From contig OZ038378.1 of assembly GCA_964036045.1 (NCBI GenBank), positions 55,056,001-55,120,000 of the forward strand: 64,000 nt of DNA, in the 5' to 3' direction. The position numbers and the translations under genes are program-made. The notes under the pieces are model-generated. The model had not been told where the DNA came from and made no database searches. It saw only the letters and a program-made list of their open reading frames with translations. Source of the DNA: Eutreptiella sp. 'Long Island Sound 2002' (taxonomy: Eukaryota > Protista > Euglenida). Shown here one piece after another: positions 62,389 to 64,000 of this stretch. Position 1 is the stretch's first letter. The number at the start of each line of letters is the position of its first letter.

Positions 62389-63132
62389 ACCGAGGAGGTG
62401 AAGGCGGGCCCGCCTGCACAGTTGGATTTCTCCGACGTACCCAAGGCTGTTGTGGAGGGCGAACCACAGCCGTTTGAGGTCCGTGTGTTGGACGACGCCG
62501 GGAATCTGGTGACCGATGGTTTGCCGAAGGTGACGCTGCAACTGGCATCCGGCAAAGGGAAGCTCGGAGGCACTCTGGAGGCCATTGCCGAGAACGGCGT
62601 GGCACGGTTCCCGGAGGTCACATACAACGGGGTGGACCCATTCACGGTGAAGGCAGTGTCCAAGGGTCTTCCGTCCAATACCGTGGCAGACCCGATTCCT
62701 GTGGTCACCCCTCAAGGCCAGCCTGCGAGCGTCGAGTCAGCACAAGCGCTCGACACAATGGCGCGTGCACGCGACACAATGGCGCTGCTCAAACCGACAG
62801 GCCCAGCTGCCAGCGCGGCAATGAAGCTGGAGGCCACTCCCCCGGCGTCTGGCATCGAGGCCGGCAAGCCCTTCACGGTCAAGGTGGCGTACAAGGACAA
62901 GGACGGCGGGCTGGCCCCAGGGGCCGACCAGAAGGTCAGCGCCAAATTCGTTGCAGCGGACGGCACCGAAGTGCCGCTTTCAGGGCGCACCACCGTGTCT
63001 CCGTTGGACGGGGTCGCCACGTTCAAGGACCTGCAGCTCCCAAAGGGCGTGTCGCTGGTGGGTGGCAAGCTGCTGCTCACGGCGCCTGGGCTCGTGGGCT
63101 CTGCTATTAATGTCACTGAAGACGGATGTGAG
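62389..63132 (+). CDS. Coding exon 6 (near-identical duplicate of exon 5)
   Basis: ctaac branch-like motif at 62361, ccccag acceptor, 744 nt, same donor as exon 5. Confidence 0.85.
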
Positions 63133-64000
63133 GTAGATTCCACTGCCCTTTGTATTCATCGGCACACACCACTGCCTGCATACCCTCCCTGCCGCCCTCG
63201 GTCCAGTGTTAGCCATTTTCATCATCAGCCAGCAGTAGCCTCAGCCTTGGCGTGGGGAGAGGTCTCCCTTCTGCCGCGCCAGTGTGAACTGGAGGGATGG
63301 GGGACCTGGAAAACAGGCTTGAAAGGCCAGCCAAACATTATTTTCTCTGTTGACATTGTTTCACAGGAGATTTTTTTTGGAAGAAAATGGGCCCGAACCA
63401 GATTTGCCTCAACATTGTGTCAAATCGCTTTTTTGAATATTTTTTAGAAATCCTGCTTTTGGTGGGCCCAGCCTGTGCTATTCCAGGGGACGAGGTCCGG
63501 GAAACAGGTGCAAGGGCCCTCGTTCCGCGGAGTGACAAGGGACCGTGGGCCCTTACCGTCACCTTTACCCTCAGCCTCACCCACCCTGACAATGCCCATT
63601 GTATGCAGCTGCCCTTCAGCTGGGAAGCGACGCTGCTGGTGGACATTTTGAGAGGGATTCTGTTGGAAGGGCGACGGTTCATTGAGGGGCGCACGCCATC
63701 TGTGCGGTGGCCAGAGCTGCAGCAGGAGTGGTTTTCCCAAGAGCTTCTGGAGCAGGGCCAGGAGTTCTGGCAGTGCCATCTCTCAGCTGCTGCCAGGGGC
63801 AGAGAGGCTCACAGCGGCGTACCCTGACCTGCAACTGGGCAGTCACTGTGGGCCAGTTCACAGACAGTGCAAGTTGGGCAGCGCTGCCCTTACCTTCTTC
63901 ACAGTCATGGGCACTGGTGCCCTGTCATTTGACAGCCCCCCCCAACAACAACTACAACCCTCCCCTTTAACCCAGAGGCCAAACGCCTGAAAGGGTGCAT

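Larger units (their letters stand above)
60468..64000. repeat. Tandem duplication, 1921-bp unit (exon + following intron)
   Basis: All ORFs in 60468-62080 recur exactly 1921 bp downstream; the second unit runs off the window. Confidence 0.95.

Overview
This is eukaryotic genomic DNA, very rich in repeats, and I cannot name the organism from the sequence. One host gene is well supported. It lies on the + strand with six phase-compatible GT-AG exons (29360-29548, 31505-31764, 40421-40850, 41781-42416, 60468-61211, 62389-63132) and continues past the window end. It encodes an N-terminal MORN5-like domain joined to a tandem array of Ig-like repeats resembling those of bacterial surface proteins. 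The array is expanding through a 1921-bp exon+intron tandem duplication. The rest of the window is nested mobile DNA. A decayed hAT transposase ending near a SAM domain is interrupted by a 2.56-kb TIR element whose open 581-aa ORF carries the RAG1/Transib-type HxxxxH-x19-E signature. A decayed Ty3/Gypsy chromovirus carries a DIRS-type NPPF adenine-methyltransferase domain between protease and RT. There are also DIRS-like (RT/RNase H/tyrosine recombinase) and LINE remnants, an RNase HI-bearing unknown ORF, MITE/foldback families and satellites. Most ORFs in the supplied track are artefacts of low-complexity repeats. All family assignments come from recognising motifs by eye; no database search was run.
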